Origin: Octopus vulgaris
Taxonomy: Eukaryota
DNA length: 64,000 bases
NCBI GenBank assembly: GCA_951406725.2
Contig: OX597815.1
Span: 197,284,001 to 197,348,000 of the forward strand
Direction of reading: 5' to 3'
Shown here: piece by piece, positions 63,695 through 64,000 of the stretch
How the letters are laid out: each line of letters begins with the position of its first letter
How positions within the stretch are numbered: the first letter of the stretch is position 1
Notes under the pieces: generated by a model
The model's input: the letters and a program-made list of their open reading frames with translations, nothing else
Told to the model about the DNA's origin: nothing
The model's database searches: none
Translations under genes and position numbers: made by a program

Positions 63695-64000
<306 letters not shown>

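Overview
AT-rich, microsatellite-dense eukaryotic DNA, most likely a non-coding (intronic or intergenic) region of an octopus/cephalopod genome; this is inferred from the SINE families and repeat landscape. I found no host protein-coding exon I can support. The window is a mosaic of mobile elements: two fairly young CR1-clade LINE copies (APE+RT at 32462-35463 on -, RT-only at 36091-37803 on +), fossil R4/Dong, RTE, Penelope, mariner and ISL2EU/Harbinger-like fragments, at least five tRNA-derived SINE families, non-autonomous Helitrons and several MITEs (Tc1/mariner-, hAT- and Merlin-like). The main signal the ORF track does not show is a set of minimal type-I hammerhead ribozyme motifs in six sequence-unrelated short repeats. 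Most have a palindromic stem III (dimer-type), and nearly all run into a (TA)n tract 40-220 nt downstream. Several sit in or next to long fold-back palindromes. This fits non-autonomous Penelope-like, ribozyme-carrying elements that target (TA)n. All identifications are by eye; no database search or folding was run.
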